A stretch of DNA of 64,000 bases from positions 67,858 to 131,857 of the forward strand of contig JAHLWR010000009.1 in NCBI GenBank assembly GCA_019057815.1. Reading direction: 5' to 3'. Both the position numbers and the translations under genes were made by a program. This document shows, piece by piece, positions 20,501 through 29,916 of the stretch. The notes beneath the pieces are model-generated. The model saw only the letters and a program-made list of their open reading frames with translations. It was not told where the DNA came from and did not search any database. The first letter of the stretch is position 1; the number at the start of each line of letters is the position of its first letter. This DNA comes from Candidatus Heimdallarchaeota archaeon (GTDB lineage: Archaea > Asgardarchaeota > Heimdallarchaeia > Heimdallarchaeales > Heimdallarchaeaceae).

Positions 20501-21753
20501 CATGAAGCATTCATCGCATAGTCTACTGGCACACCGTTTTGAAGAAACATATATTTTGAGTCTTGACCTCCAATTTCAAATATAGTATCAACATCGGGAT
20601 CATAATATACAGCTCCTTCTGAATGAGCAGAAATTTCATTAAAAACAGCTGAAGTCCCAAGATAAGCACCAACTAGTTGTCTTCCTGAACCTGTTACTCC
20701 AACTAAATTGACTTTACAATCACCTACTTGCGAGATAATTTCTTTAATACATTTTCTTGTTGCTTCAATAGGATTCCCGCTTGTTTTACCATAATAAGAT
20801 GCAATCACAGCTGTATCAGCTGGGTCTACTAATACTGCTTTAGTAGTTGTTGAACCAACATCGACACCTAATAAAAATTCTGAATCTTGATTAAAATCTT
20901 TCTTGTATTCAGTTGATTCGATTATTGTCACTTGATTACTGAATTGATGCAAGGAAGGGAACGTGAAAAAACTTTGACTTGTCTTTATTTCTAATTGTTG
21001 ATGAATGGGAGAATCTTTAACCATAAGAGCTGTTCCATATGCTTCAAAAACGGAACAAACATCTTTAACCACTACTTCAGCGTCATTAAGCTCTTCTCTA
21101 AGTAATTTAACAAAAGCATCATTAAGTGAAACTCCTCCAATCAGAAGTAAACTTTTAACATCTACCCGAGATTGAAAAATCAACCCCATAACTTTATTCA
21201 CCATACTAGAAAGAACAGAGGTTAAAATATCTTCAATTGAAGCTTCGCCTTTATTCAATTTGTGCGTTATATCAGATTTACAATGAACAGAACAACGAGA
21301 AGCTAATTCTATTTTTTTACCTTTTTGAGCAAGAGAGATAGCTTCAGGTAAAGAAATATTTAGTCTTCCGATTTGCTGGATAAAAAACTCTCCACTTCCA
21401 GCAGCACATTTATCGTGAGATAAGACGTTAATAATATGTCCATTTTCATTTAATACATATAAGACAAAGCCTTCTCCGCCTAATGAGAGGACAACATCAA
21501 ACTTCTCATTTAATGAACTAATACCTCGTTCAACAGCAACTATCTCAGATAAGTCTCCAAATGAACCACTAACACCAAAATAACACTCTTTTGAGCTTAA
21601 ATTCTCCTCAATAATTTGATTTAAGACATCAATTGGTTTACCTAAATGAGGTCGCTTGAATTTAGTAAAATTACCTTTGGCGTCTACGTAAACGAGATTA
21701 ACTGAAATTGAACCGATGTTAACTCCTACATAGTAACTATAAATATTAGACAC
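17554..21753 (-). CDS. Fusion protein: two BadF/BadG/BcrA/BcrD (HgdC-like) ATPase domains, a Cys cluster, and a DUF2229/HgdB-like C-terminal domain (CoA-substrate-specific enzyme activase family)
   Basis: Two ASKHA ATPase units (VGVNIGSISVNLV...; LLGVDVGSTTTKAVLV...). A cysteine cluster CKSCKNYC...GGRCSRYEH. A long C-terminal domain typical of 2-hydroxyacyl-CoA dehydratase-associated proteins. Confidence 0.8.
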   Translation of the reverse strand: MSNIYSYYVGVNIGSISVNLVYVDAKGNFTKFKRPHLGKPIDVLNQIIEENLSSKECYFGVSGSFGDLSEIVAVERGISSLNEKFDVVLSLGGEGFVLYVLNENGHIINVLSHDKCAAGSGEFFIQQIGRLNISLPEAISLAQKGKKIELASRCSVHCKSDITHKLNKGEASIEDILTSVLSSMVNKVMGLIFQSRVDVKSLLLIGGVSLNDAFVKLLREELNDAEVVVKDVCSVFEAYGTALMVKDSPIHQQLEIKTSQSFFTFPSLHQFSNQVTIIESTEYKKDFNQDSEFLLGVDVGSTTTKAVLVDPADTAVIASYYGKTSGNPIEATRKCIKEIISQVGDCKVNLVGVTGSGRQLVGAYLGTSAVFNEISAHSEGAVYYDPDVDTIFEIGGQDSKYMFLQNGVPVDYAMNASCSAGTGSFLEESSKGDLGIDISDLSQIAMEANDPVRFKADCAAFINTDVRTALQEGYGHENIIGGLVYSIAENYLNKVKGSRSVGKKIFFQGGVAKNNSVGYAFAQTTGKQIIIPPNPELIGAFGIALIAKAKNAQYEIKEMPKKTCLESLVKEELKHLGSFICKSCKNYCKIERYEVGGRQFPFGGRCSRYEHQWKGSEKIKEKENLVDQRNELIFARKDKRKTRSKQIKGKIGIPRALLTHSLFPLFSTFFEELGYEVILSDIDENKENLTNASFCYPVQILHGAVFDLIKKEIPTIFLPHVHKLTKGEKWFDSTFCPITQASPYIISRAFSDTRFLNPVLDYSKGYESDEALVKMAVKELKQSKNLVEEAYEKAVVVQKEVEDKFLQLGKEVLQRLKESKEIAILLVGRSYNVFPAETSQLIPKKLASMGVTVIPFDFLDKYEVDDIPWYFANYAKVAIDLAKNNDNLFLLYINSFSCTIDAFIQNYVKSEMSSKPFLLLELDSHTADAGTQTRLEAFLEIIDNFQKLTEKKETKPFQISRVEKTNGKIEVITSDGTRLDIRDSRVKLFMPGFSKYHTAAFTKGFELYGFNVGNATDIKLEYPIKGLRYCSGKECLPLPIVLGNILTIVENRKNPEDVLGFYMMSGGSPCAVFSYIHYLEQFIEDNKIENLFIFRFDQLTNFLGVGLLKIARYNPKIVLLADIMSEIESSLHVVGEKESLNLLHKYWSEFLVTTKVLKDYDKNVEKLIERIATIPRKGSPETHPKVLISGDFFVRFSPFFLRELREIYTKHGIIVKSSDMFELTLYSSFHLAHVAAHNWKRDPYKFSTALKALSTFWTRNAQLFFISKIGPVIMYIAEKKQRKKYKKTGLLLEDRNSLKLIIKHSKPLISLLIFGEAIPTIGKGMEILEESNYDSLILTGPINCLPYKISQAILKPIYMKNKTPFIVFDSDISAITPNMKRLIHANIEQIKRRRIKRKT

Positions 21754-21898
21754 CTATAGATTGAATAGATTATTATACAGTTGTATAGTTATATAACAGT
21801 ATAGGGTATATAAAAACTATTTCTTGTGGATTTAGGAATGAGAATATTCGTTATGTAAGTAAAAAATCATGAGAAATATTAGCTTTTAGTTTCAACAC

Positions 21899-22855
21899 TT
21901 AATGATTCTTTTTGATATATGTCCATACAGCTTTTGCAATTTGTATATCTTGAACTGCTACACCTGTAAGATCAACAACAGTAATCTCTTCTTCGGAAGT
22001 CCTTTGAAAATTTTTATTGACTATTGCTTTTCCTATTTCAACCAACTTTTCTTTCTCTATCATTCTATTCTGCATAGCTTTGAAGCTTTCTCCTCTTTCC
22101 ATACACTGACTTAAACTATCAACAATCACTCTGTTAGCTTTCTTCAAAATTGCTGAATCTAGCTCTTGCTTTTCTGGAGTATCTGATCCTATAGCAGTTA
22201 TGTGTGTTCCTTCATTTATCTGTTCTGCTTCTATTAAAGGTGTTTTAGAGGGTGTACAAGTTACAATTAAATTGCTTGTAGAAGTTATATCTTCTGCATT
22301 TAGACTTGTTTCTACCTTAAATCCAAGCTTCTTCATATCTCTCTTGTAAATATCTAATTCTTCTTGATTAGTTCCCCAAGTAATAATATTTTTACAATCA
22401 AGAACTTTCTGAAGATAAATCGGTTGCAATCTCCCATGAGTGCCAGCTCCAAAAATCCCTATTCTTTTGATTTTTTTAGGAGCAAAATATTTAGCTGCAA
22501 TAGCTCCAGCTGAGGCAGTTCTAATATTTGTTAGATGTCCTTCATCAAGTAGAACACTTAATAATTGACCTGTTTTTTGACTAAAAAGTAGCATTAGTCC
22601 ATCAAATGCAGGTAATCCCAATTTTGGATTGTCATAGAAACCTGTAGCAACTTTAATCACGAAAAAATCATCTTTCTTAATGAAACCATATTTAATATGA
22701 CATTCACCTGGAGGATCATCAAAGACCATTTCTCCCACGGGAGGTACAGTAACATTTCCTTGCGAGTAAGCAATAAATCCTTCTTCAATTAATTTAATAG
22801 GATCTATCTTTTCTAAAATGCTTTTTATCTCTTCTAAATGAACTATTTTCGTCAT
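21899..22855 (-). CDS. Ornithine cyclodeaminase / mu-crystallin family protein (archaeal AlaDH/OCD-like)
   Basis: Rossmann motif GIFGAGTHG, and OCD family length and motif layout. Confidence 0.8.
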   Translation of the reverse strand: MTKIVHLEEIKSILEKIDPIKLIEEGFIAYSQGNVTVPPVGEMVFDDPPGECHIKYGFIKKDDFFVIKVATGFYDNPKLGLPAFDGLMLLFSQKTGQLLSVLLDEGHLTNIRTASAGAIAAKYFAPKKIKRIGIFGAGTHGRLQPIYLQKVLDCKNIITWGTNQEELDIYKRDMKKLGFKVETSLNAEDITSTSNLIVTCTPSKTPLIEAEQINEGTHITAIGSDTPEKQELDSAILKKANRVIVDSLSQCMERGESFKAMQNRMIEKEKLVEIGKAIVNKNFQRTSEEEITVVDLTGVAVQDIQIAKAVWTYIKKNH

Positions 22856-22921
22856 TCTACTCCACTAGTCTTGTGATAGTATAGTTTAACTTTCTCTTGA
22901 AGTATTAATATCTTCTTCATT

Positions 22922-23788
22922 TTACCTAGGAAATTCTTTTTCTATTTCTTTTAAACAAGATTTAAGGACTTTGTATCCTAATATCAATAATTCACGTAGA
23001 GTATTAGATACCTTAAAACCTTCAAAAAAGGCTTTCCATCCTGTTTTATAGTATGAAGTGTAAAGGTTACAGATATAGCTAAAATCCTTTTTTTCCAGTT
23101 CTTCACATATTTTTGTTCTATTAAATGTCCAAACGTCTAATGGAGAATCATTGAATTGTGTTAATAATCTTACTGGAGTTGGAGAAATTCTCCAGCTCAT
23201 TCTGCGAACAAGCGTCCAAAGATCTAATCCACTTCTATCTATAGCACTCATTGGAAGTGTCGATAGATGAGTCTTAAGTTCTAAAATATTATTATTATCT
23301 ATTGTTCGTATTTCTGAATCAGATTGGATGGGATTCTGTTTAGGTTTACCAATTAATATTACAACATCCTTTATCCGTGGGTAAACGAAGAACTCTTCAT
23401 TTTCTAGTTGGTTTAGATTCACAATCTGAGTTCTAGGAACATGCAAATATTCTCTGTTTTTGGAGCAAAACTGCTCTTCATACTTTCTTGAAATTTCCAT
23501 TGATTCAAAGAAGGCATCTTCTTGATTAGTAAAAAACGATTCACCATCATGTAATTTTACGTGAATATCTAGATCGCCAAGTATTGGAACATAATCAATA
23601 ATACTATCCCATTCTTTTACTGCTGAACCTTTGCAATAAACATAATCTACTTTTTCCTTATAACAATCATTAAAAATCCCCGCCCATATATCTAGACTTG
23701 ATTTCACGTCTTGCTTCGCTTGGGAAAGAAATTCTGAATAATCCACCATTATTTGTTCTATCGTAAAGGTCTTTAAAACATATTTCAT
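22922..23788 (-). CDS. Uncharacterised pol-beta-superfamily nucleotidyltransferase with a helical C-terminal domain
   Basis: CKGSAVKEWDSIIDYVPILGDLDIHV fits the GS-x(n)-DhDh minimal NTase motif. 288 aa. Adjacent to a TA-like pair. Confidence 0.5.
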   Translation of the reverse strand: MKYVLKTFTIEQIMVDYSEFLSQAKQDVKSSLDIWAGIFNDCYKEKVDYVYCKGSAVKEWDSIIDYVPILGDLDIHVKLHDGESFFTNQEDAFFESMEISRKYEEQFCSKNREYLHVPRTQIVNLNQLENEEFFVYPRIKDVVILIGKPKQNPIQSDSEIRTIDNNNILELKTHLSTLPMSAIDRSGLDLWTLVRRMSWRISPTPVRLLTQFNDSPLDVWTFNRTKICEELEKKDFSYICNLYTSYYKTGWKAFFEGFKVSNTLRELLILGYKVLKSCLKEIEKEFPR

Positions 23789-23797
23789 TTAAGATAG

Positions 23798-23818
23798 AAG
23801 GTCAACAGATAGTTCTAT
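23798..23818. repeat. Exact 21-nt motif AAGGTCAACAGATAGTTCTAT, copy 2 (10-30 bp upstream of the NTase gene)
   Basis: Identical to 7117-7137. Confidence 0.8.
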
Positions 23819-23842
23819 GAGGGATTCCTTTAGTGGATTTCT

Positions 23843-24196
23843 CTATTTTTTATATCGCCATATATTTCTTTCCAACATTGTTATTTTTTTTATTATATCA
23901 GATTCTTTAGTAGTTTTTAAAAAATTCAATAGGGATTCCCCAGATACTTGATCAGTTGCAGGATGTATATCAATGATTATTATTCCATGATTATCTTTAA
24001 TTGCAGGCGTTAAGAACTCCTTATCATGAGTTATTAAAATCCATTTCTTTTCCTTACATAATACAATTAATGTGCCATTATCGATACCAAGAAGATTTTC
24101 TGTTCTCACAGACTTAACCAAAAAATCTGCGAGCTTTAACCTCCTAAATGTCTTCATAGAAACATTCTCGTCAAGAAGATACTCCAGTTTCGACAA
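23843..24196 (-). CDS. DUF5615-like (PIN-like/Mut7-C-like) putative toxin
   Basis: Size, the ILITHDKEF motif, and a 26-bp overlap with the upstream DUF433 gene (translational coupling). Confidence 0.55.
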   Translation of the reverse strand: MSKLEYLLDENVSMKTFRRLKLADFLVKSVRTENLLGIDNGTLIVLCKEKKWILITHDKEFLTPAIKDNHGIIIIDIHPATDQVSGESLLNFLKTTKESDIIKKITMLERNIWRYKK

Positions 24197-24413
24197 TTGG
24201 TGTTATCTCCTCGTTATTAATTATTGTTCTTGCAAATCTTAAACATGATTTTATATCATCAGTTGATAATTGTGGGTATTCATGTAGTATATCTTCAAAG
24301 GAGAGGTCATGCTCTAACATTTCAAGAATTAGATACACAAGAATTCTTGTACCTTTGATACAAGGTTTTCCATGACATATATCTGGATGGATAGAGATTC
24401 GTGGTTCACTCAT
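24171..24413 (-). CDS. DUF433 protein (putative antitoxin partner of DUF5615)
   Basis: ICHGKPCIKGTRILV is the DUF433 signature. The 80-aa size fits. Confidence 0.7.
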   Translation of the reverse strand: MSEPRISIHPDICHGKPCIKGTRILVYLILEMLEHDLSFEDILHEYPQLSTDDIKSCLRFARTIINNEEITPIVETGVSS

Positions 24414-24547
24414 ATTTTGTCACTGGTTATATCATAAAATCTATTTACTACTTCTTAAACTTACCCTAATCTAACTAGCAATAGGCAAAAATCAAGTGAT
24501 TAGAAAGCAAAGTTGATAATCTGTTTAGAGATATAATAAATAGAAAA

Positions 24548-25480
24548 ATGAAATATATTTTTGGTCCAGTTCCTTCACGAAGATTAGGACGATCTTTAGG
24601 TATTAGTCCCATCCCTCCTAAAACATGTAATTTTTCTTGTGTTTATTGTCAATTAGGAAGAACTTCGAACTTTACAAATACAAGAGAAATGTTTTATCCT
24701 CCTGAAGAACTATTAGAAGAAGCAAAAGAAGCGTTAAAACAAGATAAGGAAATAGACTTTATAACTATTGTAGGCGATGGAGAACCCACACTTTATGCAG
24801 GTTTAGGAGAGCTGATAATAGGTATTAAAAAAATAACCTCTATTCCAATTGCAGTTATTACAAATGGAGCTCTTCTATACAGAAAGGATGTCAGAACAGA
24901 TCTACTAAAAGCTGATGTGGTTCTACCAACATTAGATGCTCCAAATCAACAGTTATTTAAGATTATTAACAGACCTAGAAAGGAATTAGATTTAAACAAA
25001 ATTATCGAAGGTATGAGGTCATTCAAGGAAGAATATACTAATCAATTATGGTTAGAAGTAATGATAGTTAAAGATAAAAACGATAATCCTGAAATATTAA
25101 CACAAATAAAGAAGATAATAGATAAAATCGGTTTTGACAAAGTATTCATCAATGCTCCTATCCGTCCTCCTGCTGAAAAATGGGTAGAGATTCCTTCCTT
25201 GGAAAATCTTCAAAACGCAAAGGAGATCTTAGAAGCTGAAGATATTTCACATTATGAAGAAGTATTAATTGAAAATGTAGACAAAAAGTCTGATTCGGAA
25301 CAGAGAATAATAGAAATAACACAAAGGCATCCCTTACGTGAAGAACAAGTTTATTCATTGTTTCCAGAACTAAATAAAAAAGAAATAGATAGGATTCTTA
25401 ACAAAATGGAAGAAAAAGGAATAATCTACTCAGTTGTGTATAATGAAAAAATATTCTGGAAGATTTCAAAAAACCGATAA
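24548..25480 (+). CDS. Radical SAM enzyme (archaeal GPVPSRRLGRSLGI-type) with a C-terminal wHTH-like extension
   Basis: CNFSCVYCQ CxxxCxxC cluster and GDGEPTLY SAM-binding motif. Confidence 0.85.
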   Translation: MKYIFGPVPSRRLGRSLGISPIPPKTCNFSCVYCQLGRTSNFTNTREMFYPPEELLEEAKEALKQDKEIDFITIVGDGEPTLYAGLGELIIGIKKITSIPIAVITNGALLYRKDVRTDLLKADVVLPTLDAPNQQLFKIINRPRKELDLNKIIEGMRSFKEEYTNQLWLEVMIVKDKNDNPEILTQIKKIIDKIGFDKVFINAPIRPPAEKWVEIPSLENLQNAKEILEAEDISHYEEVLIENVDKKSDSEQRIIEITQRHPLREEQVYSLFPELNKKEIDRILNKMEEKGIIYSVVYNEKIFWKISKNR

Positions 25481-25514
25481 AATATTTATAACTCTCATAA
25501 AGTGGTGAAACAGC

Positions 25515-26363
25515 TTGAAAAGTGATATAAGATGTATACAATGTATAAATAGAGCTGCAAAAAGAGCTTTAACGTTTCAATCTTTACCTATTGAAAAAAT
25601 AGAAGACACAATGAAGCTTATTCAACAATACCTTGAGAATGTTGATAAGAATCTCACGCCAATGCATATTAGTTTCGGTGTATTTGAGATAATTCGTAAA
25701 GAAACAGGTATCCATGATGTACTAAAAGAAAAAAAGGATGAAGCGAATAAAAGTGCTTTACTTCTAAATGATTATGTTGCGAAAATTATCAAAGAAAGCA
25801 ATGATTCATTGTATGTTTCAATCAAAGTTGCAATTGCTGGTAACATCAGTGACTATGGAATAAGTGAAAATTATAATCTATCTAAAACTGTGAATGAGGT
25901 TTTACAAAAAGAACCTGTAATAAATGATTATCATTTTTTGAAACAAAAGCTCTCCAAATCAAAAAAAATAACTATATTAGCAGACAATGCAGGAGAGATA
26001 ATTTTTGATCTGCTTATGATAAAGGAAATTAACAGATTGTACCAAATCAACAGAATAGATCTAATTGTAAAAAAATATCCCTTCTCAAATGATATTTGTA
26101 AAGATGATATCAATAATATTAATTTTGAAGGAATAGATAATTTAACAGTTTTAGCTATCGATAACAGATTAAATGTTGATTACATTCAAGAAGTAAAAAG
26201 TACAATCAAAGGCAGTAATATTATCATTTGCAAAGGACAAGGTAATTTCGAGCTTCTTTATGATGAAAATTTGAAGCTCTTTTTCTTATTTATTGTTAAG
26301 TGTAAAACTGTTTCTAATATTCTTTCGGTTGAGAAAGGTGAAATTATCTTATCATATAAATAG
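25515..26363 (+). CDS. DUF89/ARMT1-like metal-dependent damage-control phosphatase family protein
   Basis: ILADNAGEIIFDLL (DNxGE...D) and ICKGQGNFE (KGxxNxE) are DUF89 signature motifs. N-terminal CxxC. Confidence 0.7.
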   Translation: MKSDIRCIQCINRAAKRALTFQSLPIEKIEDTMKLIQQYLENVDKNLTPMHISFGVFEIIRKETGIHDVLKEKKDEANKSALLLNDYVAKIIKESNDSLYVSIKVAIAGNISDYGISENYNLSKTVNEVLQKEPVINDYHFLKQKLSKSKKITILADNAGEIIFDLLMIKEINRLYQINRIDLIVKKYPFSNDICKDDINNINFEGIDNLTVLAIDNRLNVDYIQEVKSTIKGSNIIICKGQGNFELLYDENLKLFFLFIVKCKTVSNILSVEKGEIILSYK

Positions 26364-26433
26364 GAATTTTCATTAATAAAAACAGCTTTTTAAATGTTTA
26401 AGAAAATAGAAGGATAGAAGATTTTGGAATGAG

Positions 26434-27750
26434 ATGGCCATGAGTTTCGAACGTGATAAAGGTGATGACTTTTTTACGAAATTCGATTTCAAAAGAGCTT
26501 TTCATTCCTACTTGAAAGCCAGAGTAAAATTTTACTCTCTAGGCAAAGATGATGAATTGAGAGCAATTAACATCAAAATATCTAGATGTTTAGCTCTACT
26601 TGGAAGGAAAGCTGAAGCACTAGACATACTCGAAGAGATTATTGAGCAGACCAAGGAGCGAGTATTGTTTGAAGAGCATTTTGAAACTCTTCTAGAACTA
26701 GCATCAACAAATTTCTCTTACGGTTGTTATGTTGAAGGTTCAAAACATCTAAACCAAGTTGAAGAAGAAGTTGTATCAGAATCTAATCCCAAAATATTCT
26801 TCCGTTATTGGCAAGCTAAAGCTCAATTAATGGTTGTTTATCATGATCTCCCAGAAGCTAGAAAGCTCGTTGATTTTTTGATGGAAAAAGCAAAAAAAAT
26901 GGGTAATGATCCTTATTATTACGAACTTCAAGTTCTTCAAGCGCAAATTGATGCTGAAGAAGGTGATGTACTAACAGCTTACACAAATATTGAGGAGGCT
27001 TACAAATTTTTCCTATCCACTCCTTTTGAAAGAGCAGCATTTGAAAAAAAGATTATACTCTCACAATTTGTAGAAGAACCTGATGAAACCATTAGATTAA
27101 TCGACGAGTATCTTGAAAGATATTCACCTGATGATATTCATCCTATACTCTTTTCAGCTCAAAGGATTGAATTAGAATTACGTTCAGATAAGATTACACC
27201 AAAGATGGCTACAGAAAAAGCTGAAAGAGCTCTTTATTCTGCACTTAGTATAGAACATCTTGATCTTTCTGCTAAAATCCAGAGATTACTTGCAGGATTG
27301 TATCAAACAATCGGAAAAAACAAAGAAGCTTTCAACTCTTTTGAGAAAGCTCAGAATTACTTCATTTCTCAGAATATGGAGTACGAAGAAGCAGTAACTT
27401 TTTTTGTTTTTCTACCAGCTTTTCTCCATTATTTCTCTACAAGAGCCTTTGGAGGAAGTTTTCATTTTTATGGTGCTGTCAAATTACCTGAAGCCATAGA
27501 AGGTCTAGACATATTCAAAGAAATGCTGAGGATAGAAAAATTGTTTGAGAAATACAACGATCCAGTTAGAGCAAAGATGACTAAATTCTTTTCGATTTCT
27601 CACAAAATATCTCAACAAATAATAGAAAAAGATATAGAAAAATCAATCAATGAAATGGAAGAGCTTTATCAATGGATGCTAGATAGAGGAGAGTTGCACT
27701 ATTCTGAAATGATAGGAAAATACCTAGAACTAATCAGTCTACATAAATAG
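26434..27750 (+). CDS. Hypothetical helical-repeat (TPR-like) protein
   Basis: ORF with amphipathic helical repeats; no catalytic motif. Confidence 0.5.
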   Translation: MAMSFERDKGDDFFTKFDFKRAFHSYLKARVKFYSLGKDDELRAINIKISRCLALLGRKAEALDILEEIIEQTKERVLFEEHFETLLELASTNFSYGCYVEGSKHLNQVEEEVVSESNPKIFFRYWQAKAQLMVVYHDLPEARKLVDFLMEKAKKMGNDPYYYELQVLQAQIDAEEGDVLTAYTNIEEAYKFFLSTPFERAAFEKKIILSQFVEEPDETIRLIDEYLERYSPDDIHPILFSAQRIELELRSDKITPKMATEKAERALYSALSIEHLDLSAKIQRLLAGLYQTIGKNKEAFNSFEKAQNYFISQNMEYEEAVTFFVFLPAFLHYFSTRAFGGSFHFYGAVKLPEAIEGLDIFKEMLRIEKLFEKYNDPVRAKMTKFFSISHKISQQIIEKDIEKSINEMEELYQWMLDRGELHYSEMIGKYLELISLHK

Positions 27751-27758
27751 GTCTTGCT

Positions 27759-28562
27759 ATGAAATATCACAACCCTAATGATAGAATCCGAATTTACAAG
27801 CCTTTATACAAATTTCTCAGTATTTTAAATGATGACTTAGAGTATGAAATTGAAGAAGGTAAGTACGATTTCATCATCTTGGATTCTCCAACTACTCATA
27901 CAAAAAAATCCATCTTAGAAGCTATGCCTTGCCCTATTAAGAGATTTATAACTATAGCACTGACAGCAAAGAAGATGGTAGAAGAAAATGAGGTTGACGA
28001 GAGAAACATTTTATTTTCACTATCAAAAGTTCCATACTATCTCTTTCCTGAGTTTAATGAAGAAAATGCAGAACTTTATTCTCAAGCAGAAGCAGAGGAG
28101 GCAGAAGAGTTTCTGAATAATTTCTTGAAAATTCTTCCTCAATATACTCCAAGGTTTGATAATAACGTTTCAATTATATTGAAACTGGAATATTATATCA
28201 ACTCTTATCTATATTTTGCATACTCAATGAATGAGAGCAGATTTCCATACGGGAGTGATTTTTATGATTTTCTGAGTTTCATGATCCACGAATTTTATTC
28301 TATTTTGAAACCCCAAGTAGACATTCCTGAGAAGGAACTTCATTTGCTGTGTTCAACGTTGAAAACTTATATAGATTATAGAGTAATTCTCTACATATTT
28401 GATCATTATCCTGAGCAAGCTTCAGAGTTAACCTTCGTTTTGAATAACATCAAAAATTTACAACTAAGTAAATCTGAAAAAGAGTTACTACATGAGTATC
28501 TCAGCGATACAATTTTAATAAATAAAAAAGATAAGCAAAAATTATTATTTTCTCTTTCTTAA
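27759..28562 (+). CDS. Hypothetical protein
   Basis: ORF 8 bp after the preceding gene; no motif recognised. Confidence 0.5.
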   Translation: MKYHNPNDRIRIYKPLYKFLSILNDDLEYEIEEGKYDFIILDSPTTHTKKSILEAMPCPIKRFITIALTAKKMVEENEVDERNILFSLSKVPYYLFPEFNEENAELYSQAEAEEAEEFLNNFLKILPQYTPRFDNNVSIILKLEYYINSYLYFAYSMNESRFPYGSDFYDFLSFMIHEFYSILKPQVDIPEKELHLLCSTLKTYIDYRVILYIFDHYPEQASELTFVLNNIKNLQLSKSEKELLHEYLSDTILINKKDKQKLLFSLS

Positions 28563-28628
28563 TTTTATTTTCCATAATTTTTATGAAACCACCCCTACCT
28601 CAAATGAGCGGACTTCTGCTATGTTCAG

Positions 28629-29849
28629 CTAAATAATCAGCAGAAATATCAAAACCAAAGATGTTGTTGTTATTAAATCTGCTGTTGAACTTAAGATTGG
28701 AATTACAAGGTTATCAGGGTCTAATCTAAAACGATAAGTTAGAAATGCAGAAGTCATTGCAAGAATTCCTACAAGAGAGAAAGCAATAATATTTGTAATT
28801 ATTAAGACTAATAAAAATTTAAAATAAAAGACAGCAGTAAAATCTGAAGATATCATTAAAAACCCTAAAATACTGATTATAGCACTAATAATTAACCCTG
28901 ATGACATGATACCTGCAAAGGGGATATAGAATTCATCAGTTTTAAGGTATTTAACATTAGGTTTGAAATTTCCAAGATGCAATTTAGTAGTAGTTGTATT
29001 TGCTAAAACTGATCCCTATCCTCCCACTGTACTAAGTATGGCAGGATAAACAACCAATAAGATAGGAGAAGTCCGAATAATTTCTCTAAATAAGGTTAAA
29101 ACACTTCCTGTTCCAGCTGCAATTATATTCGTAAAGGTCAAAGTAGGTAAAGCTTGCTTTACGCTTTCTCTGATGAAATCATTCTTTCTATGCTTGATTA
29201 TTAGGAAAGTTGTTACACTTAATATTAAAACAATTAATGGAAGCCCAAGATAATAATGTAAATTCGTTTTCCAAGGTCGATATAGAAAGCAGATTGAAAA
29301 GAAAACTAGTGTTATAATAATATCATTCACTGATGACATTATTGGATAAACATACACATCTGGATCTCCATTTTTTCTGAATATCCAGAAAGTAATTGTA
29401 AAAGTTAATATTAATGAAATCATAGATCCTATAATGAACGTTGTCATTGATATTGCCAAAATAGTAAAGAAATTGCATTGTATTCCCATTAAAGTTGATA
29501 CGAGTGTAGCAACAATTCCTACAAGGATAGAATCATAGACGGAAATGATAACTATCAAAATGATAAGATGTTGAAATCTATCTGTATTTCTCCTAAAAGA
29601 AGGTTTTAAACTTCCTAGGTGTAACCCAGAACCTAGTTTACCTGTTAATATACCATTTATATCTCCTCTAACTGTAAGCATCAACGGGTATATAATGAAA
29701 ACCCATCCTATATATTCATAAATATCATTTAATAAAACAGCTGCTCTTCCAGCAAACAATCCTCCAACATTGAAGATCATTCCCATTAGCACGGATAAAG
29801 TAAATGTACTATAGCGTGAAAACTTGGAAATGTTGGAAGCCATATACAC
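28629..29849 (-). pseudogene. MgtE/SLC41-like divalent cation transporter (two MgtE membrane repeats) interrupted by a single in-frame TAG at 29016-29018
   Basis: Repeat 1 has GDINGILTGKLGS...DPDVYVYPIMSSVNDII. Repeat 2 has AAGTGSVLTLF...[TAG]...DPDNLVIPILSSTADLIT. The two ORFs are in the same frame, separated only by one amber codon. Confidence 0.55.
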
Positions 29850-29916
29850 AAAGAGAAAAATATTTCTTAATAAATCTAATCGTCACAAATAAAGTAAGAA
29901 AAGAAAGATTGGGAGA

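Noticed and set aside
29016-29018. In-frame TAG in the MgtE-like gene as a pyrrolysine or recoded amber codon
   Set aside because: TAG terminates several other genes in the window with proper C-termini (mazG-like at 4548, ilvE at 4898, PAP2 at 11317). No pyl genes are visible, and a membrane-repeat position is an unlikely Pyl site.
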